Assembly: GCF_006345805.1 (NCBI RefSeq)
Contig: NW_021835970.1
Location: 1 to 64,000, forward strand
Source of the DNA: Octopus sinensis
Lineage: Eukaryota
Length of the DNA: 64,000 nt
Reading direction: 5' to 3'
Every line of letters starts with the position of its first letter. Within the stretch, counting starts at the first letter, position 1. The notes beneath the pieces were generated by a model. It worked only from the letters and a program-made list of their open reading frames with translations, searched no databases and was not told the DNA's origin. Of the stretch, positions 1-12,600 are shown piece after piece. The translations under genes and the position numbers were made by a program.

Positions 1-432
1 TGAATCCAAATACCTTCCTATTTGTATACCATGCAACAATCTTGCCCAGCCTACTGTATGGTATGGAAGCTTGGTTCTACTCGAATCAATATGAGAAAAT
101 TCTGCGGAAAATGCGAAAAAATACGGAGATACGCTCTAAAACTAGCCTATATGCTAAATCCATGGAGCCTGTCCCAAGCTGGGCGGAGAGGCAAGTCTCC
201 AGAGCTACGGCAGGCCATCGAGGCTTCTATCCGAACTTTTCGGAAACGCTCTAAAGTAACTGACCTATTCATCGATCGTGGAGAATAGCAGGTGTCCCTG
301 CTCATAGACAGACAAAGCGGACGAACCATGGAAGAGCTCGAATGCCCAAAGCAATCGTCTCGTCAAAATTACTTTCCGCACTAATTTTCTGTCTCGCTCT
401 TCTTTCTTACAATAAAATTCTTCGTTCGTTCG
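1..432 (+). mobile_element. LINE-B 3' end (post-RT C-terminus, 3' UTR, (TTCG)n tail), continuing beyond the window start
   Basis: Frames give LPSLLYGMEAWFYS and RYALKLAYML, as in the RT-bearing copy at 31000-32101 (inverted duplicate). It ends ...aataaaattc(ttcg)3 just before the H2B 5' UTR. Confidence 0.85.
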
Positions 433-458
433 TTCGGAACATACAAATTTTGTTAATA

Positions 459-863
459 ATGGCACCTAAAGTTAGCACAAAAGGACAAAAAAGAGCTCCC
501 ATTAAAACAAAAAATGTTTCCGTCGCTACAAAGAAAAAAAAGAAAAGGAAAACTTTTTCGATATATCTTATGAAAATTTTAAAGACAGTACATAATCAAC
601 TTGGGATGTCAAAGAAGGCTATGATGGCTATGGACAGTTTTACATTCGATGTTTATGACAAAATAAAAACCGAGGCTTCAAATTTAGTCTATCAGAATTC
701 GAAGGCTACCATTACCTCACGTGAAATACAGACTGCAGTTCGTCTGATTCTTCCGGGTGAATTGGCAAAACATGCTATTACAGAAGGTGCAAAGGCAGTT
801 ACTAAGTACACAAATACAAAAAAACACTTAAAAATAATTTTTATTCATTTGTTCTCTAAATAA
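459..863 (+). CDS. H2B: Histone H2B (divergent); true start is probably the MAPK ATG at 459, not 342
   Basis: [14 protein letters not shown]...[11 protein letters not shown]...[35 protein letters not shown] is a histone-fold H2B. The second copy has TAA at the position matching 822-824 (KYTNTK*), so the extension to 863 is probably a stop-loss mutation or error. Confidence 0.95.
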   Translation: MAPKVSTKGQKRAPIKTKNVSVATKKKKKRKTFSIYLMKILKTVHNQLGMSKKAMMAMDSFTFDVYDKIKTEASNLVYQNSKATITSREIQTAVRLILPGELAKHAITEGAKAVTKYTNTKKHLKIIFIHLFSK

Positions 864-895
864 CTATTGCAACAATCGAAATCTAACTAGTAATT

Positions 896-1100
896 GTTCC
901 TTTGCCATTCGAGACCTCCGCAGCCTTCTCAAACATCCAAGTTCTTAAAAGATGTAGGGCTCCTTATAGCTCGGAGAAACATGTATGCACGCGAATCTTC
1001 TTGGCTGAAACAGAGGATCTCGGTTACAATCATGCGCGACAACTTGCAAGCTATTCTTTTGACCGGGATCTGATCGTTCTCTGCTTTTTGTTTAATTGAT
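896..1100 (+). mobile_element. 5'-truncated CRE-like RLE retrotransposon (family C) with 12-bp TSD
   Basis: One frame reads FLKDVGLLIARRNMYARESSWLKQRISVTIMRDNLQAILLTGI*, homologous to the end of the full CRE at 44826. Flanked by taactagtaatt at 884-895 and 1101-1112. Confidence 0.85.
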
Positions 1101-1216
1101 TAACTAGTAATTTAGTCTGTAATCTCGCAAAATTCATCAATTTAAGCAATAGTTACAATTATTTGATGGTGCTAATAAAATATTATTTTAAAATATTTAA
1201 TTTTAATAATGATGAG

Positions 1217-1583
1217 GGGGATTCAACATGTTCCGACTCCTTGTCCAAGACAAACATGTTGGAAAGTGCCTGCTATGCCGGCACAGCTGCGGATAAAGCA
1301 GAGGACATCAAGAAGAAGAAATATGATGGCCTCACCGATCGTTACGTTTTCTGGCCGGTTGCTGTCGAAACCCTGGGATCGATTGGGAAGGAGTCGTTGA
1401 GCTTTCTCAAGTGTATTGGACCGTCTCAAGACCTTGAGAACACACAATCCTCTGGAGACTAGATGGCTCCTCCAGAACATGTCCCAAGCAATAGTGAGGG
1501 GAAACAGGATTGCCATCAGTTTTTCTTACACTGTATAACTATATTCCAAATTTTTTAACATTAATAATTGATTGAAGATAAAA
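1217..1583 (+). mobile_element. 5'-truncated CRE-like RLE retrotransposon (family D) with 12-bp TSD
   Basis: DSTCSDS...KKKKYDGL...FWPVAVETLGSIG is an RLE C-terminus. Direct repeat aataatgatgag at 1205-1216 and 1584-1595. Absent from the duplicate spacer near 30230. Confidence 0.85.
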
Positions 1584-1604
1584 AATAATGATGAGTAATT
1601 AACC

Positions 1605-1670
1605 AAAAAATTTTCGGAATAATACTTTTTTTGCATCACTCGAAAAAATTTTCGGAATGATGTCTTTTTT
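1605..1670 (+). promoter_or_regulatory. Candidate histone upstream element: two copies of aaaattttcggaat(a/g)at(ac/gtc)tttt upstream of H3
   Basis: The same motif is repeated upstream of H2B (32121-32200, minus) and upstream of the H3-tail copies. Function is inferred only. Confidence 0.5.
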
Positions 1671-1711
1671 TACTATACTGGCATTGTCATTGTTTTCTGA
1701 AATAATAAAAT

Positions 1712-2122
1712 ATGGCTAGAACAAAACAAACGGCTCGAAAATCTACTGGTGCAAAAGTAACCAAGGAAACAGTTGTCTGCAAAATCTGCTCGCAAGTCTG
1801 TTTCACAATTTGGAGGAGTAAAGAAACCTCATCGATTTCGACCTGGAGTTGTTGCAATGCGAGAAATTAGACGATATCAAAAGAGCACTGATTTGTTACT
1901 ACGAAAACTTCCATTCCAGAGACTCGTGAGAGAAACCGTCAGTTTATCAAAACTGATTTGCGTTTTCAATCGTCAGCGATTGTCGCTCTCCAAGAAGCGG
2001 CAGAGAGTTACCTAGTTGGAATTTTTGAAGACAGTAATTTGTGCGCAATTCACGGAAAAAGAGTAACTATAATGCCAAACGATATGCATTTATCGAGAAG
2101 AATTCGAGGTGAAAAAACATAA
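1712..2122 (+). CDS. H3: Histone H3 (divergent), with two compensating 1-bp indels relative to the intact copy
   Basis: ATG GCT AGA ACA AAA CAA at 1712 and TAA at 2120-2122. 411 bp, like the intact inverted copy at 38730-39140. Confidence 0.92.
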
Positions 2123-2350
2123 CTTGTTTTTTTAAATAAAAAAATGATTTATTGTTTGTATAACTCTGAGACAATTTTTAAATTTTTTGTTGAAGTTTGT
2201 AGAAAATGTAATGTTGCACCTCGTTTAGATAAAAAGAAGATACTAGTTGTGTATTTTAGAAAAAATATAATTAAAAATTGTTCAATTCGGATTTGTTGGA
2301 TAATTAATAAATAGTAGGAAAAACAAAAAAACTATAACCATGACAAGCTA

Positions 2351-2736
2351 CAGTGAACAAAAATAAAAACTGGACATGCTTTTTCTTATAAATTTACAAA
2401 TGGACAATATTGCAAATATGTTTCAAATTTATTTTTAACATAGATTAAAGTATTTTTTTATGATATCGAAAATTTAAAACCAAAAAAAACTGAACAAATT
2501 TAAATTACTTATATATATAAAAGGTTTTATTTTTAAAATTTGTTCAAATTCAATCATTTGTAACTTCTCTGCAAAAAATATTTTAAATTAAAGAAGCTTG
2601 AAAAGTGGATGCCAATTTCAACTGTTTTAAATTTACCAAAACATTTACAAAAAAAGGGAAATCAGTAACAGCTCAAACAATAAGAAATACCACGAAAAAA
2701 TTGGTCTGAATGCATATCCACCCACGAAAAGACCAC
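2351..2736 (+). mobile_element. Tc1/mariner left end, truncated by fusion to the tandem array
   Basis: TA followed by cagtgaacaaaaataaaaa TIR at 2351. Inverted match to 38146-38498. Confidence 0.8.
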
Positions 2737-2913
2737 CTAGAGGAATGCCTGACATGAATTGCAAGACATTATTGTGGTAATTTATGTTACAGTCAACCTT
2801 CGTTTGGAAAAATTGTTCCAAAACACAGGTTGTTCCAAAAATCGTATAAAAATTTACCGGCCTGCTTACCTTCTGTGTTTGTTTGGTTATTTTTACTCAT
2901 TATTACAATAAAC

Positions 2914-3860
2914 TTAATTGATTGATTGAACTTGCAAAAGCTTTATCCAGTTTTCAATTTCATCAAAGATGATGTTTTTATCATCTTCATTGTCGATTTT
3001 TCTTCTCTCACTTCTTATGAACCCTTAAATAACTGCATTATATTTCATCTTTAGCAAACATTTATCTTCTGTTTCTAAGTATCTTCTTTTGGTTGATTGT
3101 GATAGAGAGCTGGTAGATATGATAGTTGTTTCTTCATCCACGTTTATTCCATTCAATTGCTTGGTAATAAAACTGGTTTCTTGCTCACATTTGCTCATCA
3201 TTTCTTCATCTATTAATATATCTGGTAGAAATTTGGGCTCTTTTCCTTCCTCTTTAGATAACTCATATGTATCTTTCTTTCCCTTGACCACATCTGCAGG
3301 TGTGGTTCTAGTATGGTGGTTTGTGAATGAAGTCTTGAGGGGCTTGTAAAGCTTTGCACTTTTTGAAAAGCTATGTATCCTTACTATTTCCTTTAACGTA
3401 AGTTGGCTTTTCTCACTCTCATTTCTAGTATGGTCGAAAGGCATCAAAGTAATCACTTTTACTGTTGTTTCGCTCAAGAGATATTTCAAGAGAGATATTC
3501 TGGTTTCCGCTCATGAGGTATTTTACTTCAAAGAGAGGTTCCGCAGAGATCCTGCCTCAGTCCACGTCTGTTCTGTTAATAATAATTTGACCGCAAATTT
3601 GAAATCATCTCTTTTGGAACGCGAAACATTTATAAATTTGCTGAAAACACTAAAATGGAGTACATTGGTCGCAATAGAAAAACTTGTGTCAAGGAAATTT
3701 TGCACAAAATCTAAATAAAAAGACTGGAGGCTGCATGCAGAATATTATTAGAGACCAGTGGGAATATTTGCATTTTATTGAGAAACTCTCTATTGTCATG
3801 GTCCGCGATAATGCCCTGGTTTTATATTTATTAAAATTATGGCTCAAAAAGTTGATAATT
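2914..3860 (-). CDS. Hypothetical gene A (unit 1 copy; present in each unit), probably spliced; product unknown
   Basis: A 154-aa E/K-rich ORF (3025-3489) is conserved across copies. Removing a 27-nt GT-AG segment (3500-3526) joins it in frame to the upstream ORF. An in-frame tail (..DDKNIIFDEIENWIKLLQVQSIN*) follows a single TAA. Confidence 0.45.
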
Positions 3861-4409
3861 ATCTATGTTTATCAAATAAAATGAAAATCAAGAAGAAAAA
3901 TTTCAAGTACTTTAAAACTTAAACATTGATCGGCGATGATTATCAGAACGATTTCTCCGATTGGTTTAAAGACTCCAATAAAAAACTATGCGGATATCAA
4001 TGAACTAATAGATATCAATATTTTTTGATTTTAGAAAACAGAGAGTTATATAATTTAACAAAATTTTATACTATATTTAATTAGTTAATATTGAACAAAA
4101 TGAGTTTGAAAAAATTTATTTAGAAATTCGACATGAATTGTCTGAGTATGAAATTCATCTGAAATTGGCTAACGAGCAGAGACTATATTATTCTAATAAA
4201 GCTGGAAAGGAGTTTTAATCACCATGAACATTCTGTTTCAATTTATCAATAATTTGGAAAAAGAATCTGACATTTCTATCGGGAAAATGGAACCTTGCGG
4301 GTCTTTAAAGAAAAGAGAACATATAGGACTACGATCACTAGATTTCTATTTTTGAAGTATAAATTGAATCCAACTTAAGTTAATATCAAAGCTATAAAAA
4401 AAGTGTCTT

Positions 4410-5048
4410 TTTAAATCAATCACAAGAAAACCGCTCCATTCTATTCTCTCTAACAGTTATGAGAATATTGATATTCCTGAATTTTCTCAATGACTTGCTA
4501 AAGGTAAAGAAAATAACAGTTTTCTGCAGAAGGGAATTTATTTTCAAATGAAAAAAATTCAACATGCAATCAATGTAACAAGGCCAAAAATGTTGTTGTT
4601 GATCAGCCGTTTTAAAATGGTTGATCATATGTATTTTGCTTCAAGCGATTCTGACGATTGTTCATTAATTGTATATTTACATAATAAAAACTTACTAGCT
4701 ACCTGATGTGGCTTTTAGTTCTGCATACATGCCAGATATAGAAAAGAGAAAATGTCTTTCTTTATTCTTCGATTTTGAAGAAGGAGATTTCTGGAAAGTA
4801 AATCCCGAAGATCCTAAATTTCGTCGATTCATCAATTATACAGAATTCAAACAATTTTTTAATGTAATTTCACTGTAATGTAGATATTCATTAGACTGTG
4901 TCGGTATTCAATGAATTCTATGGTCGCTTCGAATTCTATTTAAGCGATGAAACTTTTGTCACAATTTCGTGTTTGAACTTGAAAAACCGTCCAAAGAATT
5001 AACCAAAAACGAACGAGCCAAATACAAAATGTTAATCGATGCGAATAA
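4410..5048 (+). CDS. Hypothetical gene B, multi-exon 3' part (unit 1 copy; present in each unit); 5' limit uncertain
   Basis: GT-AG introns at 4504-4529 (26 nt), 4671-4698 (28 nt) and 4864-4894 (31 nt), all phase 0, give ...LNDLLK|KGIYFQ...DDCSLI|LPDVAFSSAYMPDIEKRK...FKQFFN|TVSVFNEFYGRFEFYL...KYKIVNRCE*. Copy 1 has a 1-bp deletion near the end. Confidence 0.7.
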
Positions 5049-5880
5049 TGTTTTCGTTGTTTAAAAAATTCTTTATTTGGTTATTTTAGAATAATTTTTG
5101 TAGTTAGTTCTTTAAAAATATTTTTGGGAAATTTCAAAAAAATATTGGATAGGATCTTACAGTTTTGTTGACTGCAAGGGAGAATAGAAATGGCCTTAGG
5201 GCGTCGCCTTGTTGTAGACTCAATTATTTTATGTTACGAATCTAAGTGAAGAATGCTTAGAGTATGCTAGGCAACCTCGTGGGATACATTCTCTGCTTCA
5301 CATCTAACCTCGTGTGCTCTGCTGGCTAAACAGTTCGACTCCCTCGAGCAACCATCTTGTTGTATAGGCGTCAAAAATATTTCTGTACCAGTCTGTTGTT
5401 CTTTACAATAAAAAATTCTGTTCTGTTAATTGTCATTTTATAATATTTATCTTGACCAAAATAGATTTTGAAATAGAGTTCAAATATTTTTTAAATTTTT
5501 TTTCCAAGTCCGAATGTAGAAGCACCTAGGCTCGGTACACCCAAGGCCTGTGACATAATAATTTATAGAAATAATATAAGAATAATAAAATTCGTGTTCA
5601 GTTTAAAAACAGTCTAGATAAAAAATATAACAATAATGATTAAAATTTAAAGAAATTGATCATTTTAGATTTTAGGGCGCTAAAATACAAGATCGCCAAA
5701 TCCGGGAACAAATAAATAAAATTTTGCCATAAGAATATAAAGAATAGAACTTTCTATCAAAAATAAAGTAAAATTCAATTAATAAAGATAAATGAGAAGA
5801 TTTGAAATAAGCGAAATAACAAATTGAAAGAATAAACTCGCAAATATAACAAAATGATGAAATTTCAGATAATTTATTAA

Positions 5881-6036
5881 TTAAAAGAAACTACATCGCA
5901 AAATATTTTTTCTAATCCAAATAAAAAAATAAAGATTGACCAAATAATGGCAATTGTGAAACAGAATTGCGAGCAGATTGTTTCCTTGGAATTTTGCTCC
6001 AGTAGATTTTCGAGAAGGTTGTTGTGTTCTAGCCAT
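5881..6036 (-). pseudogene. H3 N-tail fragment fused to non-histone sequence (unit 1, with indels)
   Basis: Reverse complement reads atggctagaacacaacaaccttctcgaaaatctactggagc..., matching the H3 5' end. Confidence 0.8.
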
Positions 6037-9000
6037 ATTTTTTTATTTCAGACAGAACCGATTCAGACGAGTTATTTTTGTTTTATATTATTCCGAATTT
6101 TTAAACAACCTTATTCCGAATTTTTTCGAGTAATGCAAAAAAGTATCATTCCGAAAATTTTTATTTAATTCACTCATCATTTTTAAAAATAAGTAATTAA
6201 ATATTTTTAAAATAATATTTTATTAGCACCATCAATAATTGTAACTATTTCTTAAATTGATGAATTTACGAGATTACAGATTTAATTACTAGTGTACTAA
6301 TTAAAGAACAGAGTAATGGATAAAATTGATTGAGGAGAGCGTTACTGCCATCAACAGTTATTTCCAATTTTGTTTGACTAGAGGGAATGCCTGACATGAA
6401 TTGCAAGACATTATTGTGGTAATTTATTGTTACAGTCTAACCTTCGTTTGGAACATTAATTGTTCCAAAACACAGGTTGTTCCAAAAATCGTATAAAAAT
6501 TTACCGGTCTGCTTACCTTCTGTTTTGTTTGGTTATTTTTACTCATTATTACAATAAACTTAATTGATTGATTGAACTTGCAAAAGCTTTATCCAGTTTT
6601 CAATTCATCAAAGATGATGTTTTTATCATCTTCATTGTCGATTTTTCTCTCTCACTTCTTATGAACCCTTAAATAACTGCATTATATTTCATCTTTAGCA
6701 AACATATCTTCTGTTTCTAAGTATCTTCTTTTGGTGATTGTGATAGAGAGGGGTGGATATGATAGTTGTTTCTTCATCCACGTTTATTCCATTCAATTGC
6801 TTGGTAATAAAACTGGTTTCTTGCTCACATTTGCTCATCATTTCTTCATCTATTAATATATCTGGTAGAAATTTGGGCTCTTTTCCTTCCTCTTTAGATA
6901 ACTCATATGTATCTTTCTTTCCCTTGACCACATCTGCAGGTGTGGTTCTAGTATGGTGGTTTGTGAATGAAGTCTTGAGGGGCTTGTAAAGCTTTGCACT
7001 TTTGAAAAGCTATGTATCCTTACTATTTCCTTAACGTAAGTTGGCTTTTCTCACTCTCATTTCTAGTATGGTCGAAAGGCATCAAAGTAATCACTTTTAC
7101 TGTTGTTTCGCTCAAGAGATATTTCAAGAGAGATATTCTGGTTTCCGCTCATGAGGTATTTTACTTCAAAGAGAGGTTCCGCAGAGATCCTGCCTCAGTC
7201 CACGTCTGTTCTGTTAATAATAATTTGACCGCAAATTTGAAATCATCTCTTTTGAACGCGAAACATTTATAAATTTGCTGAAAACACTAAAATGGAGTAC
7301 ATTGGTCGCAATAGAAAAACTTGTGCCAAGGAAATTTTGCACAAAATCTAAATAAAAAGACTGGAGGCTGCATGCAGAATATTATTGAAGACCAGTGGGA
7401 TATTTGTATTTTATTGAGAAACTCTCTATTGTCATGGTCGCGATAATGCCCTGGTTTTATATTTATTAAAATTATGGCTCAAAAAGTTGATAATTATCTA
7501 TGTTTATCAAATAAAATGAAAATCAAGAAGAAAAATTTCAAGTACTTTAAAACTTAAACATTGATCGGCGATGATTATCAGAACGATTTCTCCGATTGGT
7601 TTAAAGACTCCAATAAAAAACTATGCGGATATCAATGAACTAATAGATATCAATATTTTTTGATTTTAGAAAACAGAGAGTATAATTTAACAAAATTTTA
7701 TACTATATTTAATTAGTTAATATTGAACAAAATGAGTTTGAAAAAATTTATTTAGAAATTCGACATGAATTGTCTGAGTATGAAATTCATCTGAAATTGG
7801 CTAACGAGCAGAGACTATATTATTCTAATAAAGCTGGAAAGGAGTTTTAATCACCATGAACATTCTGTTTCAATTTATCAAATTGGAAAAAGAATCTGAC
7901 ATTTCTATCGGGAAAATGGAACCTTGCGGGTCTTTAAAGAAAAGAGAACATATAGGACTACGATCACTAGATTTCTATTTTTGAAGTATAAATTGAATCC
8001 AACTTAAGTTAATATCAAAGCTATAAAAAAAGTGTCTTTTTAAATCAATCACAAGAAAACCGCTCCATTCTATTCTCTCTAACAGTTATGAGAATATTGA
8101 TATTCCTGAATTTTCTCAATGACTTGCTAAAGGTAAAGAAAATAACAGTTTTCTGCAGAAGGGAATTTATTTTCAAATGAAAAAAATTCAACATGCAATC
8201 AATGTAACAAGGCCAAAAATGTTGTTGATCAGCCGTTTTAAAATGGTTGATCATATGTATTTTGCTTCAAGCGATTCTGACGATTGTTCATTAATTGTAT
8301 ATTTACATAATAAAAACTTACTAGCTACCTGATGTGGCTTTTAGTTCTGCATACATGCCAGATATAGAAAAGAGAAAATGTCTTTCTTTATTCTTCGATT
8401 TTGAAGAAGGAGATTTCTGGAAAGTAAATCCCGAAGATCCTAAATTTCGTCGATTCATCAATTATACAGAATTCAAACAATTTTTTAATGTAATTTCACT
8501 GTAATGTAGATATTCATTAGACTGTGTCGGTATTCAATGAATTCTATGGTCGCTTCGAATTCTATTTAAGCGATGAAACTTTTGTCACAAATTTCGTGTT
8601 TGAACTTGAAAAACCGTCCAAAGAATTAACAAAAACGAACGAGCCAAATACAAAATGTTAATCGATGCGAATAATGTTTTCGTTGTTTAAAAAATTCTTT
8701 ATTTGGTTATTTTAGAATAATTTGTGTAGTTAGTTCTTTAAAAATATTTTTGGGAAATTTCAAAAAAATATTGGATAGGATCTTACAGTTTTGTTGACTG
8801 AAGGGAGAATAGAAATGGCCTTAGGGCGTCGCCTTGTTGTAGACTCAATTATTTTATGTTACGAATCTAAGTGAAGAATGCTTAGAGTATGCTAGGCAAC
8901 CTCGTGGGATACATTCTTGCTTCACATCTAACCTCGTGTGCTCTGCTGGCTAAAACAGTTCGACTCCCTCGAGCAACCATCTTGTTGTATAGGCGTCAAA

Positions 9001-9504
9001 AATATTTCTGTACCAGTCTGTTGTTCTTTACAATAAAAAATTCTGTTCTGTTAATTGTCATTTTATATATTTATCTTGACCAAAATAGATTTTGAAATAG
9101 AGTTCAAATATTTTTAAATTTTTTTTCCAAGTCCGAATGTAGAAGCACCTAGGCTCGGTACACCCAAGGCCTGTGACATAATAATTTATAGAAATAATAT
9201 AAGAATAATAAAATTCGTGTTCAGTTTAAAAACAGTCTAGATAAAAAATATAACAATAATGATTAAAATTTAAAGAAATTGATCATTTTAGATTTTAGGG
9301 CGCTAAAATACAAGATCGCCAAATCCGGGAACAAATAAATAAAATTTTGCCATAAGAATATAAAGAATAGAACTTTCTATCAAAAATAAAGTAAAATTCA
9401 ATTAATAAAGATAAATGAGAAGATTTGAAATAAGCGAAATAAACAAATTGAAAGAATAAACTCGCAAATATAACAAAATGATGAAATTTCAGATAATTTA
9501 TTAA

Positions 9505-9660
9505 TTAAAAGAAACTACATCGCAAAATTTCTTCTAATCCAAATAAATAAAAAAAAAAGATTGACCAAATAATGGCAAATTGGAAACAGAATTGCGAGCA
9601 GATTGTTTCCTTGGAAATTTTGCTCCAGTAGATTTTCGAGAAGGTTGTTGTTCTAGCCAT
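9505..9660 (-). pseudogene. H3 N-tail fragment (unit 2, with indels)
   Basis: Same sequence as the other unit copies. Confidence 0.8.
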
Positions 9661-12600
9661 ATTTTTTTATTTCAGACAGAACCGATTCAGACGAGTTATT
9701 TTTGTTTTATATTATTCCGAATTTTTAAACAACCTTATTCCGAATTTTTTCGAGTAATGCAAAAAAGTATCATTCCGAAAATTTTTTAGTTGTTTAATTC
9801 ACTCATCATTTTTAAAAATAAGTAATTAAATATTTTTAAAATAATATTTTATTAGCACCATCAAATAATTGTAACTATTTCTTAAATTGATGAATTTTAC
9901 GAGATTACAGATTAAATTACTAGTGTACTAATTAAAGAACAGAGTAATGGATAAAATTGATTGAGGAGAGCGTTACTGCCATCAACAGTTATTTCCAATT
10001 TTGTTTGACTAGAGGGAATGCCTGACATGAATTGCAAGACATTATTGTGGTAATTTATTGTTACAGTCTAACCTTCGTTTGGAACATTAATTGTTCCAAA
10101 ACACAGGTTGTTCCAAAAATCGTATAAAAATTTACCGGTCTGCTTACCTTCTGTGTTTGTTTGGTTATTTTTACTCATTATTACAATAAACTTAATTGAT
10201 TGATTGAACTTGCAAAAGCTTTATCCAGTTTTCAATTTCATCAAAGATGATGTTTTTATCATCTTCATTGTCGATTTTTCTTCTCTCACTTCTTATGAAC
10301 CCTTAATAACTGCATTATATTTCATCTTAGCAAACATTTATCTTCTGTTTCTAAGTATCTTCTTTTGGTTGATTGTGATAGAGAGCGGGTGGATATGATA
10401 GTTGTTTCTTCATCCACGTTTATTCCATTCAATTGCTTGGTAATAAAACTGGTTTCTTGCTCACATTTGCATCATTTCTTCATCTATTAATATATCTGGT
10501 AGAAATTTGGGCTCTTTTCCTTCCTCTTTAGATAACTCATATGTATCTTTCTTTCCCTTGACCACATCTGCAGGTGTGGTTCTAGTATGGTGGTTTGTGA
10601 ATGAAGTCTTGAGGGGCTTGTAAAGCTTTGCACTTTTTGAAAAGCTATGTATCCTTACTATTTCCTTTAACGTAAGTTGGCTTTTCTCACTCTCATTTCT
10701 AGTATGGTCGAAAGGCATCAAAGTAATCACTTTTACTGTTGTTTCGCTCAAGAGATATTTCAAGAGAGATATTCTGGTTTCCGCTCATGAGGTATTTTAC
10801 TTCAAAGAGAGGTTCCGCAGAGATCCTGCCTCAGTCCACGTCTGTTCTGTTAATAATAATTTGACCGCAAATTTGAAATCATCTCTTTTGGAACGCGAAA
10901 CATTTATAAATTTGCTGAAAACACTAAAATGGAGTACATTGGTCGCAATAGAAAAACTTGTGCCAAGGAAATTTTGCACAAAATCTAAATAAAAAGACTG
11001 GAGGCTGCATGCAGAATATTATTGAAGACCAGTGGGAATATTTGTATTTTATTGAGAAACTCTCTATTGTCATGGTTCGCGATAATGCCCTGGTTTTATA
11101 TTTATTAAAATTATGGCTCAAAAAGTTGATAATTATCTATGTTATCAAATAAAATGAAAATCAAGAAAAAATTTCAAGTACTTTAAAACTTAAACATTGA
11201 TCGGCGATGATTATCAGAACGATTTCTCCGATGGTTGGTTTAAAGACTCCAATAAAAAACTATGCGGATATCAATGAACTAATAGATATCAATATTTTTT
11301 GATTTTAGAAAACAGAGAGTTATATAATTTAACAAAATTTTATACTATATTTAATTAGTTAATATTGAACAAAATGAGTTTGAAAAAATTATTTAGAAAT
11401 TCGACATGAATTGTCTGAGTATGAAATTCATCTGAAATTGGCTAACGAGCAGAGACTATATTATTCTAATAAAGCTGAAAGGAGTTTTAATCACCATGAA
11501 CATTCTGTTTCAATTTATCATAATTTGGAAAAAGAATCTGACATTTCTATCGGGAAAATGGAACCTTGCGGGTCTTTAAAGAAAAGAGAACATATAGGAC
11601 TACGATCACTAGATTTTATTTTGAAGTATAAATTGAATCCAACTTAGTTAATATCAAAGCTATAAAAAAAGTGTCTTTTTAAATCAATCACAAGAAAACC
11701 GCTCCATTCTATTCTCTCTAACAGTTATGAGAATATTGATATTCCTGAATTTTCTCAATGACTTGCTAAAGGTAAAGAAAATAACAGTTTTCTGCAGAAG
11801 GGAATTTATTTTCAAATGAAAAAAATTCAACATGCAATCAATGTAACAAGGCCAAAAATGTTGTTGATCAGCCGTTTTAAAATGGTTGATCATATGTATT
11901 TTGCTTCAAGCGATTCTGACGATTGTTCATTAATTGTATATTTACATAATAAAAACTTACTAGCTACCTGATGTGGCTTTTAGTTCTGCATACATGCCAG
12001 ATATAGAAAAGAGAAAATGTCTTTCTTTATTCTTCGATTTTGAAGAAGGAGATTTCTGGAAAGTAAATCCCGAAGATCCTAAATTTCGTCGATTCATCAA
12101 TTATACAGAATTCAAACAATTTTTTAATGTAATTTCACTGTAATGTAGATATTCATTAGACTGTGTCGGTATTCAATGAATTCTATGGTCGCTTCGAATT
12201 CTATTTAAGCGATGAAACTTTTGTCACAAATTTCGTGTTTGAACTTGAAAAACCGTCCAAAGAATTAACCAAAAACGAACGAGCCAAATACAAAATTGTT
12301 AATCGATGCGAATAATGTTTTCGTTGTTTAAAAAATTCTTTATTTGGTTATTTTAGAATAATTTTTGTAGTTAGTTCTTAAAAATATTTTTGGAAATTTC
12401 AAAAAAATATTGGATAGGATCTTACAGTTTTGTTGACTGCAAGGGAGAATAGAAATGGCCTTAGGGCGTCGCCTTGTTGTAGACTCAATTATTTTATGTT
12501 ACGAATCTAAGTGAAGAATGCTTAGAGTATGCTAGGCAACCTCGTGGGATACATTCTCTGCTTCACATCTAACCTCGTGTGCTCTGCTGGCTAAAACAGT

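Noticed and set aside
342-458. N-terminal extension of H2B (ORF start at 342)
   Set aside because: These codons lie in the LINE-B 3' UTR and tail. The histone-like sequence starts at the ATG at 459. A LINE-driven upstream start cannot be excluded but has no support.
1101-1200. Conserved Z block as a spliced-leader, U7 or other snRNA gene targeted by CRE elements
   Set aside because: There is only a weak Sm-like aattttg. No donor site or stem-loops could be supported, and the block is explained as the H2B-H3 spacer.
1712-2122. Viral or endogenised-virus histones
   Set aside because: No viral hallmark genes, the histones are singlets rather than doublets, and the context is a host-type cluster with spliceosomal introns.
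5640-5950. Alternative genetic code (TAA/TAG=Gln, TGA=Trp) making the A-rich Y block and gene A read through
   Set aside because: Histone and retroelement ORFs end at TAA/TAG/TGA and contain no in-frame stops. Stop frequency in Y is what AT-rich non-coding DNA gives, and short introns explain the stops in genes.
5947-6168. Recurrent plus-strand ORFs MANCETELRADCF... and MINHFKTADQQ...
   Set aside because: They are antisense shadows of the H3-tail fragment and of spliced gene B, respectively.
6370-6390. Helitron 3' end (CTAG) at the array boundary
   Set aside because: No GC-rich subterminal hairpin, no consistent A|T target, no 5' TC partner and no Rep/helicase.
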